Origin: Ginglymostoma cirratum
Lineage: Eukaryota
Assembly (NCBI GenBank): GCA_024137785.1
Contig: JAHRHZ010000035.1
Location: 18,984,471-19,048,470 of the forward strand
Length of the DNA stretch: 64,000 nt
Direction: 5' to 3'
Positions 25,416 to 39,659 of the stretch are shown piece after piece. The notes beneath the pieces were generated by a model. The model searched no databases, had not been told where the DNA came from, and saw nothing but the letters and a program-made list of their open reading frames with translations. The translations under genes and the position numbers were made by a program. Position 1 is the stretch's first letter. The number at the start of each line of letters is the position of its first letter.

Positions 25416-28400
25416 TTTTTAGTGAGAAATGTAAGCTCTAGCTTGCATAGTTCTGCTCACTTCATAGGACAAGCAGAAAATACATTGGGAATCCATTGGA
25501 TGGGTTTCCTTTGACAAAGTGGGCGGCAGTGTCGGTCGTCTTTAATAGGAACGGTGAGATAGCGGCGAGATTTCTGCTGGCATGCCCTCTCCTTTTGTAG
25601 GAGTAAACTCTCAAACTCCCTTTCAGCTGAAAACAGCAAGTGAACAAAGCTGGAAATTTCCTTGGGACATTTAGCATGTATTGAAACAGAAAACAGTGTA
25701 AAACTCTTGCTCACGATCCTTCAGCTGATTTAATAGGGCTCAAATATCAAGGAAACCAGAATATTGTATTTGACTCCAGGCTGGGAAATGTATACAGTAA
25801 AAAACATAGCCGGGTTCGACCTCTAGGAACCTCACCAGCTGAGAAGGAGCGCACAGTGTGATGCGTCTTGTGGTCAAATTTGAAAGTCTTGAATGGCAAA
25901 TCTACAACAAAAGGAACCGCAAAATCCGACAGGACTACTCTGAGCTGCAGCAAATTTATCATTAAGACTGAACAGATAATTTCCCAGCTAAGTAAGGGAC
26001 ATTCTACTGTATGGGCATGGTCTGAAAAATTGCAAGTTACCCCGTGGCTTAGAGGTAAAGGCATCAGGTTTGAGGTGTACAGACCAGAGAAGACACTGAG
26101 GGAGCTCAGGAACATTGCTGGTTATGATATCCTACTCACAACCAACTCGTGTCATCCTGCAAGCGAATGAGAGCAGCAATATGAAACTATACTCAAAGAA
26201 CAGCAAAACATCCATCGGCGGGTTGGGGGGCAGGGGGCAATGATGGAGCTTAGTGAAATTTCTAACTTAATCTAAAATAAAATGAAAAATGCATTGTGAC
26301 AGTTCGCATTCCATCGGAATGAAGTATTAGGTAGCTGCTTTATCTTCTGGCTTGTGTCTTTCAGGGACTGTGACAATCACAGCGGAATTTATACAATAAT
26401 GAACATTAACAGCGCTAAAGTGACTGCTCACAGGGTATATGTTGACATCTACGTTCTGTACGTTTTAGTTGAATGCTATCAGCATCGGCTTGTTTTGCGA
26501 ATACAATTTTGTATATATTTAGATATAAAGTTTTCTCGCTACTACGTGGATTGCAAGTTCTAAAGAGCATTCCCCATTTATAGTCATTTTTCCATCAGCT
26601 GACTTTGTGCAGCTAGGCTAACTTGAAATTACCCAGACGCATTTCACTTAGGACCCTTGCAGCCATCAAACAGATGTAACATTCATCCCATCTGTTTAGG
26701 TTGGACTTGAACACAGCTCCCAGAGTTCAGAGGGCTCGGTCTAATGCCACCGTACAACCTGAGACGGTGCGTTTGTTTGAAATTGACTCAAACTATAACC
26801 TTGTCGGAGAAATTGACCGTCAAGAACATCTTGTTCATCACTTGAAATTGCCCCAGTAATCAAGCACATCACACTCATTTTTTATATTATTGTGACTAGA
26901 GTTCTGTATTTTCAGGTACTGAGTATGTACATTACACCCCAATTCAAAGTAAGATGAATCCTAATTCAAATGAGTTCTTTGAAGCCTGATTCTTTATGGT
27001 TCAGTAAAGCATTAATGAGCCCAAAATTAATAGTGCTCTAGAAAGAAAACTGGAATTGTTTCAAATATGAACTTACAGGCATTAGTTAAAAAGTGTTAGG
27101 CATTGTTTTTAAAGGATTGGATCATTGAAGAGGAGTGATTTTGCTTCATATACTTTTTATTCCTCATCTTTGTTTCAACTTTTCTTTGAAAAAATGTTCA
27201 TTGTGGTAGTGGGATATTGGTTTTGGATGACTCTGGAAATTGAATCCAGGAAGTGATGCTAATAATTAGTTTGCAGAGCTGCGCTGATCTGCTGTGTTAG
27301 TACTCTGTGGGTATTGGTTTGCCATGAAAACTTTGGAAGTTAAGAGATTCAAATGTTTGGATTGTGCTGCAGATGCTTGGTATATGAACTGTATGGAGTG
27401 TTGCATGGGCAGCATTGTCAATCGGTACAAGTTTAAAATGTAGAGAAGACAGAATGATTTCAGATGATAGTTACCTCAACAATGTTTTATTTATTGTAGA
27501 CTCGGGAGCTACAACTGGTAAACAAGTGCTTTCATTTTATTACTTTAGTTTATTTAGAGTTAACTTTTTATATAATCAATCTCAAATATTGTAAATCCCA
27601 TTATCGTTCTGTTTAAGCTTGTTTTTTCACTTTCACTGTCATACTCCCCAGCCTAGGTGTCCAAAGCTAACTTTCAATTCTCACAGGTTCCACAAGTAAT
27701 TTATGTATAATCACCTAAATTTCACAGCCTAAAACTTAGAATAATTCTGTCAAAGTTTTAATTTTGTCCAGATACAAGAATATATATTATAGTAGGCAGA
27801 CATGCTTAGCTTAAGGCTTGAAAAATTGCATTAGTTGGTTAGTTCTTTGTTCTGAAAGTTCTTTGTTGCTATGTTATGACTGTGTGGTTTATTAACACAT
27901 TAAAATAGCTAAACATACACTTTGTTCATGCATAGGCAGTCTTACATTTTGTCAAACACACTGATATACATTAAAACAACTGTTATGATGTTTCCTTTAT
28001 AGTAATTACGTATTCCTTGAACTTTAATGTTTATAAATAAATAAAACATATCTAGATTGAAGGACAAATGAACAGTATGAATTTTTAAAGAAGATTTTTG
28101 AAGTATCGTTTTAAGTAACACACCCCAAAGCCTTAGCTAACTTACCTACTTTGAACACGAATTCCTTCCAATATAGGGATCACCCCAAAGCCAACAAAAG
28201 TATCATGTTATCCTCCAAAGGCACTTTGCAATAGAATTGCATGAGGACATCAAAACCTTGTATGGATGAAGTTATCTTAAACAAAAATGAAAGTAAGAGT
28301 GGAAAGGGGGCATTCTTTCTCATTGCAAAAAAAATATACTGCACAATAAAATTAATGGTTCATAACAATTTGTCCCAATAAAACTTCATAACACTGAGCA

Positions 28401-31400
28401 CCCTAGGTCTTAGTGGGAAAATATCTCTGCGTTATGGATGATATTCACATATACACAGAAGTTCAGACTGACAAATCCCAATCTTCACTGTGGTTTTGCC
28501 GTGCCATAACAATTCAGATTCTTATCGTATACAGACAAATGCATCTCATTATGAGGGATATACTACTTTGCATTGTTCTTGCAGAGCAAGTTTATAGAGT
28601 TCCTTGCCTCATGCTAAAAATTAAACTAATGCACCTTGGAAGTATTATTCTACTATATAGTGATTGAAGGACAAACCTTGATCATAGAAGATTGAATGAT
28701 CATAATGTGTTCTTTTTCTGAACACCATTCAGAGAAACAGTTCAGGAATTTATTGCACTTGGAATATCATGTCAGAGAAATTCCATGAGAAAGTAAATAC
28801 AACATAGAATATCTTACAGTTCCATGTATTAATAATTTTCAATAATGAATTGAAGTAATTCTGTCAGTCTATCCCTTTGAGCTATTCAAAATACACTTAG
28901 GTTGAGCAAATGTATTCTTCAATATGATAAAACTACCTCAGGTGTCATATCTTATTGTGTAACTTATATTTATTTCAGTACTTTTTATTTTGCAAATATT
29001 TATTTTCTGTGCTCTTTCCTACTGACCTTCAGTTCGTACGATTATATTTGGGGATTACACTACCTCCTTATTTACACCTTTTTAAAAAATTTTTGGTTAT
29101 TTCCTGAAAGATGGACATTGGGTCTTCATCTGGACTTTCCAATCAATGGAAGCTATAAAATCCAGTTTGTGCCCTTTATGCAAAGGGTAGTAACATACGT
29201 GCAGTTAAGCTTATGCTTTTACTGTAATAACAACTTTAAAAACTTATGCCAGAAAAGTTACCCGGATATAAATTGAGACCAGTCAACATCTTGGATCCAA
29301 TAAATACAGTGAAAGGACAGATCACACACAAGAAAATAAACTGAAGCCAAGCAATTGGCTCCAATATTGTTGCATAGTTGGTAGTGCAGCCAAAGTTGGT
29401 ACCTGTTTGGCTTCAGACATTGTTCTTTTTACTGACCAAGTTTAAGCTTAACAAATGACTGATGAATGTATTGTACTGACGGCAGGCAAATGCCCACAAG
29501 GCAATATTTTACCAATTATAGTCTGAAAACTGCAGCCAAGATTTTTTTTAACATTCACATAACACCAGATTTATGGGAACAAATAATTTGCCTCGAATAC
29601 TGATGTCACAATGGAACTTTGACAACCCATATCAATTTTCTTGACATTTTAAAAAGTCCATTAAAATCAAATTGGAAACTTAAATGAACCAACATACATC
29701 TGTTCAAACAGAACACTGGATTGATCTCCCTGTGTCTGCCAGCAGATCATAAGACACAAAGGTTCTTCAAAGTGTTAAAGTGATCTGTAGCCTAAGTTCT
29801 AGTACAGTTTGAATTACAATGTGATCATTTAAAAATACAAATTTATATCTTACCGTATTTAGACAGAATGTTTAAAAAATGAAAAATATTTACTGCAGCA
29901 ACCAAATTGGGGCACAAATTTATATGTGGTTAAATTGGCAAGATTCTAAAATGATAGCATCATAATCCAGCAGAAAAACATAACATATTGAGACAATTTC
30001 ATCAGGATATTAGTTACTCCTGAAACAAAGTCTTTAAATTCAGACATACAAAATTTGAGTCAAAGAATTTTTTACATGCAAGAAATTCATTGAAAGGGAT
30101 ACATGAAACAAATCTTGAAAGTATTTCAGGTTTCAAAGCTAGACTGGAGGACAACAGGAATAGTGATTGAAAATTTGTAATAATCTAATGCTTTTGCAAT
30201 AGCCTTTTTTTTTCAAAATCAATGTGTCTGTTCAATCTCCATTGAAATGGAGGCTAATCAATATCTGTGACAGCTAACAGTATTTCTCAAGCTACATTTT
30301 AAATGAAGATGCAATGGCACTCAGTAAAGACAGTTTAAGGCAAATTATATTTTGAAATTAATACCTTTAAAATATATTTGGATGTACTAATTAGTCAAAT
30401 TAGCGGTATTTTAATTTTCTATATTTTGTTGTTAATACTTTAAGCTGGTCCTTAGTGCATCCATCTGCAATTAAAGGTTTTATCAAGTACACTGACAGAA
30501 TTGCTTCTCATCTCAAAATTTAATAGTACGGAACATAGTTAAAATGCATCTGACTGAAGGTTCAGAAATTGCCTTAATATACTGGATTGAAGTTTGAGCA
30601 TTGCACTTTAAACATCTTTCTTTATTTGAAATTTTCTTCGTATTGACTGACAGCTGCTCATCGAAGGAAAAAATGAACTCATTTAAACTCAATTCTCTCA
30701 CAATTAAATTTAGACTTGTACATTGTGAAACTGGGAGTTGTTTCATAGTTAAAGTGTGTTCAATGGAATTGTCAAATAAAAGAGTGCATTAAAAATCAAT
30801 GACTCCCAAATATACTTTATTGATGTATTTAATGGTGTAGAATGCTTTGTTTAAGACAGCTTGGAGTAGAAATCCTGAGGGCAAGAATTTAGCTGCTGTG
30901 AATTCATATTTTAAAGCATTTTAAAATCATTTCAAGAGTCACAAATAAGGAGTGGCTTGCAAGAGATACAGAAAAACATTGTTGATATGGATATATTTTT
31001 ATCATGCTTACTTGCCATGTCTCTTGGGCCAGGGTTGCTGCATCAAAGTTGCATGTCTCAGAGCAACACTGGCTTTGCGCTGAAACATTTCCTTTGCAAG
31101 ATCTGTCCCGTCAATTAGATTCTTTCAAATACTGGTGGTGCCTTTGTGAATTTTTATGAAGTTGCAAGGAAATGTTGGCAACTATAGGTAAACTAATCTC
31201 AGCATGATCGCAGCAGAAATTAACGTATTCTAGTTGAATAGTTTATGTAATGTAATTAAAGCAAATAAAAGATATTCTGAGTTGACAGTATCTGATGTAA
31301 GAATCAACAGAATCTGAGTGAATGTGGTGTAATGTATGCTGGTTACAAATTCAACAGACAATTAGAAGAAAAAGAAAGAAAAGATGTACATTTTTAGAAG

Positions 31401-34400
31401 TATGAATTTAAGTCTTGAGGAACTATCTTTGAACTGCAGTCAGTGTTGTAAGGTGGGAACTGTGGCAACCAATTTGTACACAGGTCTGAGTACCAGCAAT
31501 GTGAGAATGACCACATAATTTGTTTTCTCATGATGTTGATTTAGGAATAAATATCTCTCCCTTCCTCTTCTTGAAGCCAGTACTATGGGACTTCTTAATT
31601 TCTGAAAATGCAGACAGGACCTCAAGTCAGTGTGTTATAGAAAGGAGGGGACTCCTGAAAATGTAGTAATCTTTCGGTGCTGCATTGAATCATTCCTCTA
31701 GTCTTTCACGCTAAAATCTTTGGAGTGAATCTCAACCTTTGGATTTAGAGGTGAAAGTCCTACCATTAAGTCAAAGTTTTACATTCTCGGTACCTGAGCA
31801 GGACTTTAGTTTCCACCCACCAACTGCATAACTCTTAGTTACGAGTATGTAAGTAGGGACTTCATTAAATATTTTTTATAATCATAAAGAATACTTAATA
31901 ATCCAGTGGCTAAATGTAATTAAACTTTCTTATGGAATGAATGCTTAATGGAGGTTACATTCATCATCTGGGATTTACTGTTTTAATACAGTACTTGCAG
32001 ATGTGCTTTGGCAATGTAAGAGGAAACCTGGTTTATCACTTTTCTGACTATAAATCTGTACTGTTGGCAGTTAAATAAATGTGTCCTTACCTTTAAAGAA
32101 ATAAAGTCTCAGATTGTAAACTAAGGATCTGCTCACTATAAGTATTATGGCAAATTTCTAAAAATACTCTCCATTGTTACAAATGTTGATTTTTGAAAAT
32201 AACTTGAATTCCTATTTATTTTGATTGATAGGAAAAATTGCAACAATAACAAGTTCTGGCTTCTATTACCCTTTAAAGACTGATTTCCTTTTTTTAGTTT
32301 GTGAGAAACTATTATGTTTCCCATCGCGTATTGCTTCCTGCAATAATATTCTGCATGAACGTAAGGCTAAATGAAACTGGACCAACTGAGAACAAAGCAC
32401 GGAGCAAACATATGTTATCTTTATGGAGCTGTAAATGTTGAACATTATAGTCTTAGAATATTCTTTGGTTTAAAAACTTGCCATTCTACCAAAGTCCTTC
32501 CCTTCAAAAGACTACCATCGGTAATACATTTCCAGTGGTTATAACAGAAAGCAGTTCTTCAAAAATACTTGTACTTCACTCACACAAGGACATTTACTGT
32601 CCTTTAAAGCATTCACTGACCATAATAGCATTTTGGGACATTTATGTAAGTTGGTGAGAAATAGCAGCTAGAATATGACTGAGTGTATGCATATTTAACT
32701 GAAAAAGGATTAGCCCAACTGTGAAGCTTATTGCGGTCAAACAACCTGTTGACACTGGCTAACATACTCATGAATAGTAGAAATCCAATGGACTAACCCC
32801 AGCTTGGACAGGCACTAGCAGGAGAACGGGCTGAGGAAGTTGGGGAGGACAGGACAGGAGGATTTGGTTTGCCAAGAAAAGTTTGGAAATTAGGCTGGGA
32901 TTTGAAGGCAGAATTAAGTAACTGAACTTAGTAGTTGCATATTGTATTGTATTCACAACGCACTTTTACTTACTTGACAAAGTTCTATATCCATCCATTT
33001 TAAAAGGTGCTATGCCAGTATCTGGGTCAAGGGGAAGAGATGTTATTGTAAGATGGTAATTATGTTTCTGTTTAATGTATTTCTGTTTTTCTTCAGTACA
33101 GTTTGGCAGAGAGATTCCATTTAAGTTTCTGCCTTTAGCCAAACTAAAACTGCACTACATAGTTCTAAGATGGTACATAAATGCCAGCAATTTGTTAAAG
33201 TACACGATGAATGTGTAAGGATGTTGTTGTCTTGGTCCACAGCAGGCATGTGGAGACAGCAGCTAAACTGGAAAAGCTCTGCTTCTAATGAAAACAGATA
33301 TCACAAAATCAAGGCAATTACCAATGTTTGAAGGACAATTGCACACAAATTACAAGCCTGGAGAGGCTGAAGGGTCACTGTCCAATTGGGTTTTGTTTGT
33401 TCAACTGAGTGCAGCTACTGGTAGCAGGACTTAAAAATTTGTTTGTTGGATTCTAGGACAAGTCATAACGTTTTACTGTTCTTCTACCTCTGTCAGTTCA
33501 TTTTCTGTTCAGTGAGCCAAACTATTTTGTTTAAATCTTTAATGTTTGTTAATTTTACATAATCATATAAACTCACAAATAGGTTTTGTTTATTGTTTAA
33601 ATTAATTTGGAAAAATTGAAACTGCAACATATTTTTTGCTTCGGTGTAGGTGATGAGTTGGCAACTTTTTATAAAAGGCATTCTGGAAGTAAAGCCTAAA
33701 GTTTCTCCTTCAATTTTAAAATCTTCAAGTTCAACAGGTCATCAAGTTTATTTACACTTATTAGTAAAAAGAACTGCTAATGGAATAATTTCTCCATCAG
33801 ACCACAGATATGTGAAGAATTTTTTTTAATTAAGGAGAAAATCACTACAGAGAGCAAAATAAAAATGACAAAAGGTATCTTATTTAGCAGCCATTAAATG
33901 CTGTGTCTTTATCCAAATTAATTAAGTATTTTCAAAATATTAATTACTTGGTTTATGTGTATGTACAAAATGCAAACTGTCTTGGAAATTTTAGATTACA
34001 GTTAAATATTACTGTACTACCTGATAAACTTGCATGTGTCTTAAACTTTACCCTGCAAACTTATGTACATGTGGGCCACCAAATTAAATTTGAAAATGGC
34101 TTTCAGAAATTAAGTGGTAAAAATGGTCACTGAAATCTGAGTTTGACAGCTCCAGGCTGGTCCATTTTTGCTTTCCTTGGCCCACATCTCCCATCTGAGA
34201 CCCTTCATCTCTGGCCTTATATCTTTCATTCCCGATTCTGGTTTCTCTGCGAGTCTTGTGAAAATTAAATAATGAAGCAGCAAGCCGCTCAGAAACATAC
34301 ATATTTAGTAATGGTGTCATCTATTGACGTATTGTTAAATAATACAAGCTGACTCTCAAATTGAAATGCAGTAATACAAATGCTAAGAGTTACAAACACT

Positions 34401-35587
34401 GCCTTTTGAAATTCCACCATGCGCTAGAATGTAATAATTTTGTTTGATATACTTTTCAATCAAATCCACGTGTGCCACTAATGATCATCAGATTACAACT
34501 GGCGACCGTGGAAAGGAACAGAGAGAGAGGGAACCTGAACATTGGAATATAGTGTTAAAGATTCATTTCCTAAAATTGTTATAAATATCAAATTAATTGC
34601 ACAATAACTCAAACAGTTTATGTCGAAGATAGTTGATGCAGATAACTGTACGTCCTAAGTTTCAGCACTGCAAGAGTTAACAGTTGAATTGTAACGACAG
34701 AGCTGATACTCGCCTGTAAGAGATGATTAATACCGTCATGGCATTTCTCACACAAATAAACACAAATCCATGTTAAATAGCGTCTGCAGGTTGTGTGTTA
34801 TAAACACCTTATTGCACAGTCTGGCCTTTGCTTCTCTTGGCTCGTCCTCCCAAACTATAGCCTTGTCTCTGAATCTCAAAACTTGGATTGTGGAGTTGCA
34901 GTAAACAAAGGACTGTTAATTACAAACAGGACAAAAATAAATTACAAAGTTGCAATGCAATAAGCAGAGCCGTCAACCTTTGGGAGAAGGCGTCCCTTAG
35001 TGGGATTTGTGATCAAAAAGAAATAGGGCAGTTACACATATGGAACTATTTTTTTTAAAATGTGCTGCATTTAAAATGTGTCATATTATTAAACCATAGG
35101 TTTGAGTCTCCACTTCAAATCAGTAAGTTTCGACGCGCATGATTATGTTGCGTAAATAGAAAAGAGGGAACGAGCCTCTTCTAGGAAGATACCATTCGGA
35201 ACCTGTAGGAAAGTAACATTTACAAACTGTAATGTAATCTTAACTTGGGGGGGAAGCACACCCCTGGGCCAATCCATAATCCAGCAAAGAGTATTGTCTT
35301 TTTCTGAAACCCTGATCAGGCCCCTAGTTTAAGAATCAAATGACGATTGCCAAATTCACCGAAGCAGGTATGCCTTCAGCTGTTTCTAATGGTATGAATT
35401 AATGTTGGGGGCATGCGGGACCAGATTTCTTTAATTACTTTTTCATTAGATGTCATGCACAAAAACTCACAATATTTCAGACCACCCACCATTAAAGCTT
35501 CATTTCCTGACATTTTATGATACATGACTTCATCTACTCATCTGAGACTTAATTGCATTTTCTGATGTATTGTTTCCTCTTTTTCAG

Positions 35588-35808
35588 CCGGTTTGGCACG
35601 AAGTGCGCCCGCTGTGGTAGGCAGATCTATGCCAGTGACTGGGTACGGAGAGCACGGGGTAATGCCTACCACCTGGCATGCTTTGCTTGTTTCTCCTGCA
35701 AGAGGCAGCTCTCCACAGGGGAGGAGTTTGGGCTGGTCGAAGAAAAAGTGCTGTGTAGGATCCACTATGATACCATGCTGGAAAACCTCAAGCAAGCAGC
35801 GGAGAATG
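35588..35808 (+). CDS. lhx6: Lhx6 coding exon 5: [18 protein letters not shown]...[20 protein letters not shown] (LIM2)
   Basis: Acceptor ctctttttcag|, donor G|gtaatt, 221 nt. Lies within ORF 35553-36053. Confidence 0.98.
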
Positions 35809-38800
35809 GTAATTGTGGTGAGATTGTTAACCTGATTGATTTATGTGCTGAATGTGCTTTCCTAACAACAGCAAAGAAACACAACACATACTGTTTATGT
35901 ATCTACCCAGTTAAATGCTACAGCATTTTTAACCAAGAGATGTTGTATTTTGGATTCACATTTCTTTGGGGTTTTTTTAAAGAAAGAATTGGAGTGCAGG
36001 TAAAATGTTCAATTTGTGAAATGTCACACCACATTCACTTGCAAATTCTTTAAACAAGTCAATCTAAACAAAATATTATAGAATGTGTGAAATGAAGGAG
36101 ATTTGGCTTCTGGAATGTTCTGGTGTATCTTGGTGATACTTGGTAAAGTCTGGCTACAATTGTGCTGGTCATTGAGTAGCATTTGATGTCTGGTTCAGAA
36201 TTCTGTGTATCTGGGTGTATTCTGTGTTGTACCTTGAATCAGAAATTGTTTGTGATAGGAATGTTTGGAAGGTGCCTTGGTGTGTTGGAGTTCTGTGCTT
36301 CAAACAGGAGTTAAGCTGGAACTGTATGTTCATGTGATATAAAAATGCCTACAATACAATGACTCTTTGGTTAGAGCTAATGTTGATTGTGTTTTTACAT
36401 CTTTTCTGCCCATTGCCTACCTTCCTTAATCCTGATTTTGCCCCTATATATCACCACATGCCTGGTGTAGGTGATCATTACATGTCTATCATCAATGGCA
36501 ATTCAGAACTGGACAACAGGACATAATTACATGTGGAAATATGTCAATACATTTTGTTTCCCTCTGACCGTTGAGTGCTTTGTGCCCATATGATACTTCA
36601 TTTAATAATTTGAGCAGGGAACACATTAAACTCATCTTCCTGAGTATTCACAGCCAGCAACAGGTCATAAAACTAAATGGTAAAGAGGCACTTATCCATT
36701 TATTTTGGTGTAACAACAATTCCTTTCTTTCAGTTGTGCAAGGTGGGCATTGCTAGCTGGCCAGCATTTATTGCCCATACCCAATTGCCCTTCAGAAAGT
36801 GGCAGTGAACTGCCTTCCTGAACTGCTGCAATCCATGTGCTGTAGGTTGACCCACAATGCCCCTTAGGGAGGGAATTTGGGTGTCTTCTTAAGTATGTAA
36901 CACTCTCTGCATTTTAATGGCCTACACCTGTCATTCTTATGATTTGTTGAATTTACATTAATTATCTAGTTAAAATTATAGACAGTTTTCATTCTGAGGA
37001 TCTACAACCACCTGTAACTGAGATTGCTGTAAACATATCTTGCAGAGATTTTGCTTGTGGTGTCAAAGGCTTAGAATGGAGTTGATAGGATATGTAGAAA
37101 TAAACTATTTCCTCTGTCGGGGGAGTCCATACACAGAGGTATAACTTTTAATTAATGCCAGGCATTCGGTGGTGATATTGAGAAACAATTGTGCTTTTAC
37201 ATGGGAGTGTAAATTGGAATAGTCACTTCCAGAAAGCTGTTAAATGTAGGGGTCAAAAAACGTAACTACTGTGATTGTTAGATTTTTGTTTGGTATGGAG
37301 TCAAGATGGGTAAATGGAGTTAAAGTACATATTGGTCAGGATTTTATTAAATTGGTTCTAACAAGTATATGCCTATCTTCCTATGTTCCATGCAATTCCA
37401 ATTGAGACAGTAGAATTAAGGTACAGCACAGTGACAATCTGCTTTGGCTGGATAATTGAGTGGTTTGTTTGAAAATAACAATAAATTGTTCATCATTATA
37501 ATTGCTTTCCTTTGTGTTTTGTACATCATGACAACATTTCCAAGAAGCAGTAGCACTTAATTACCCTGAAATAATATTTCACAGCTGCAAACATCTACTA
37601 TTATTCCAACAAATCTATTGGTAAATAAGTGACTTATTGTAGCAGTTATATTAAAAGTATATTAGCATAGATATGGTGAAACAGACACGGTCTGTTTAGC
37701 AATGAACATTAAGCCCACAATGATCATCTTGGAGAATTTTATCAGAAAGGCACTATAAAAGTTTTTACAAGCATCTTGAATGTTATCTTAGCTTCCTGCT
37801 CTGCTGTACTATTCTGTTTGGTTACCAATCCATGCTGATTCTGTTGAAGAATAATCCAATCCCCTGATACCTGCATTTTTGTTTTCAATGTTATAGAGTT
37901 CCCTTTTTGAAGGCTTCTATTAAATCTGTATCCGCCATCAGGCGATGCATTTCAAATCCTAACCACTGTACAAAAGCAAACGTTGGAAATCTGAAATTAA
38001 ACCTGAAAATACTAGAAATACTCAGTGAGCCAAGCAGCATCTGATGCAAGGTCATGTAACTGAAATGTTCATGTTGTCTTATTCCACAGATGCTGTCTGA
38101 CCTATTTCCAGCATTTTCTGTTTTTATTTCTAACCACCTGTTCCATTTTAAACTGAAGCTTTTCCTCATGGCCTGTTTTTTTTTCGTCAACCACCTTAAA
38201 TCAGTGCCCTCTGGGTATTGACCATTTGAAAATTGGAAACAGTTTCTCTTTAATTACTGTATCTAAACTAGTTATGTTTTAAGCACCACCTCTCAAATCT
38301 CCTCTTAGTCTTTGTTAAAAAAATTGCAGCGTCTACAATATATCTAATGTAACAGTATTCCCTCCTTTCTGAAACAATTCTGATAAATCCTAACAAACCC
38401 TTTTTCCTGAAGTGTGGCTTTTCAGAAGTGGACACAATATCCTGGCTGGAGGCAAGATGATGATTTATAAAAGTTTAACTTCCCAGCTTGTCCAGAAATG
38501 TTATCTCATATTAGTAATGTTTCTTATTTTGTAGTGGGGCCTAGGGTTGATTGCCTTAGCCAGCAAAATAACGTGTAGTGGGTGGAATCCCAATGTTTAC
38601 TTTGAATGGTGCACTGGTACTCTGGCCTTTAATCAGAGGCTATGCTGGGAAATCAGTCGCATCAATATACTTCATTGAAGATAAAGATGCTTTCATGTTG
38701 CAGCTCTCATGTCCACTTATGTTGGTCTTACAAAATAATTGGAAATTAGAATATGCAATCATTTTAATCTTAATGGTTATAATACACTGTTAAGATTACA

Positions 38801-39117
38801 CTATCCTTGAACTATAATAAGAATCACTCACAACTTTGCCAATGGGAAAGGACTGCACTTCCAACAGCACCTTTAGTAGCAACTTATTAGCTCATAGTTT
38901 CTGTCTCCGTTATGATAGTATCGTATTATTTTGTTATCTATTTTTCACACACAATAAATGACCAATGATAAAACTAACAATAACTGGTTAGCCGTGCAAC
39001 AATGTGCATTTATATAGTGGCTGTAACATAATAAAACATTCTTAAGCGGAGCACGGGGCAAATAAAGTTAAATTAACACAAGGAGATGATGGGACAAATG
39101 ATGCAGTCTTTTAAAGG

Positions 39118-39659
39118 GGTTAAAATTGTATCAGAGATAAAAGGTACTGCAGATGCTGGAGAATCCGAGATAACAAGCATGGGGCTGGATGAACACAGCA
39201 GGTCAAGCAGCATNNNNNNNNNNNNNNNNNNNNNNNNNNNNNNNNNNNNNNNNNNNNNNNNNNNNNNNNNNNNNNNNNNNNNNNNNNNNNNNNNNNNNNN
39301 NNNNNNNNNNNNNNNNNNNNNNNNNNNNNNNNNNNNNNNNNNNNNNNNNNNNNNNNNNNNNNNNNNNNNNNNNNNNNNNNNNNNNNNNNNNNNNNNNNNN
39401 NNNNNNNNNNNNNNNNNNNNNNNNNNNNNNNNNNNNNNNNNNNNNNNNNNNNNNNNNNNNNNNNNNNNNNNNNNNNNNNNNNNNNNNNNNNNNNNNNNNN
39501 NNNNNNNNNNNNNNNNNNNNNNNNNNNNNNNNNNNNNNNNNNNNNNNNNNNNNNNNNNNNNNNNNNNNNNNNNNNNNNNNNNNNNNNNNNNNNNNNNNNN
39601 NNNNNNNNNNNNNATGCTGCTTGACCTGCTGTGTTCATCCAGCCCCATGCTTGTTATCT
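39118..39659. mobile_element. Fold-back Penelope-like insertion (family A) spanning a 400-N gap (39214-39613)
   Basis: Inverted arms on either side of the gap. TSD cagtcttttaaagg at 39104-39117 and 39660-39673. Confidence 0.88.

Noticed and set aside
35538-35835. Antisense and alternative-frame ORFs overlapping exon 5
   Set aside because: Expected shadow ORFs of a GC-richer coding exon, with no independent evidence.
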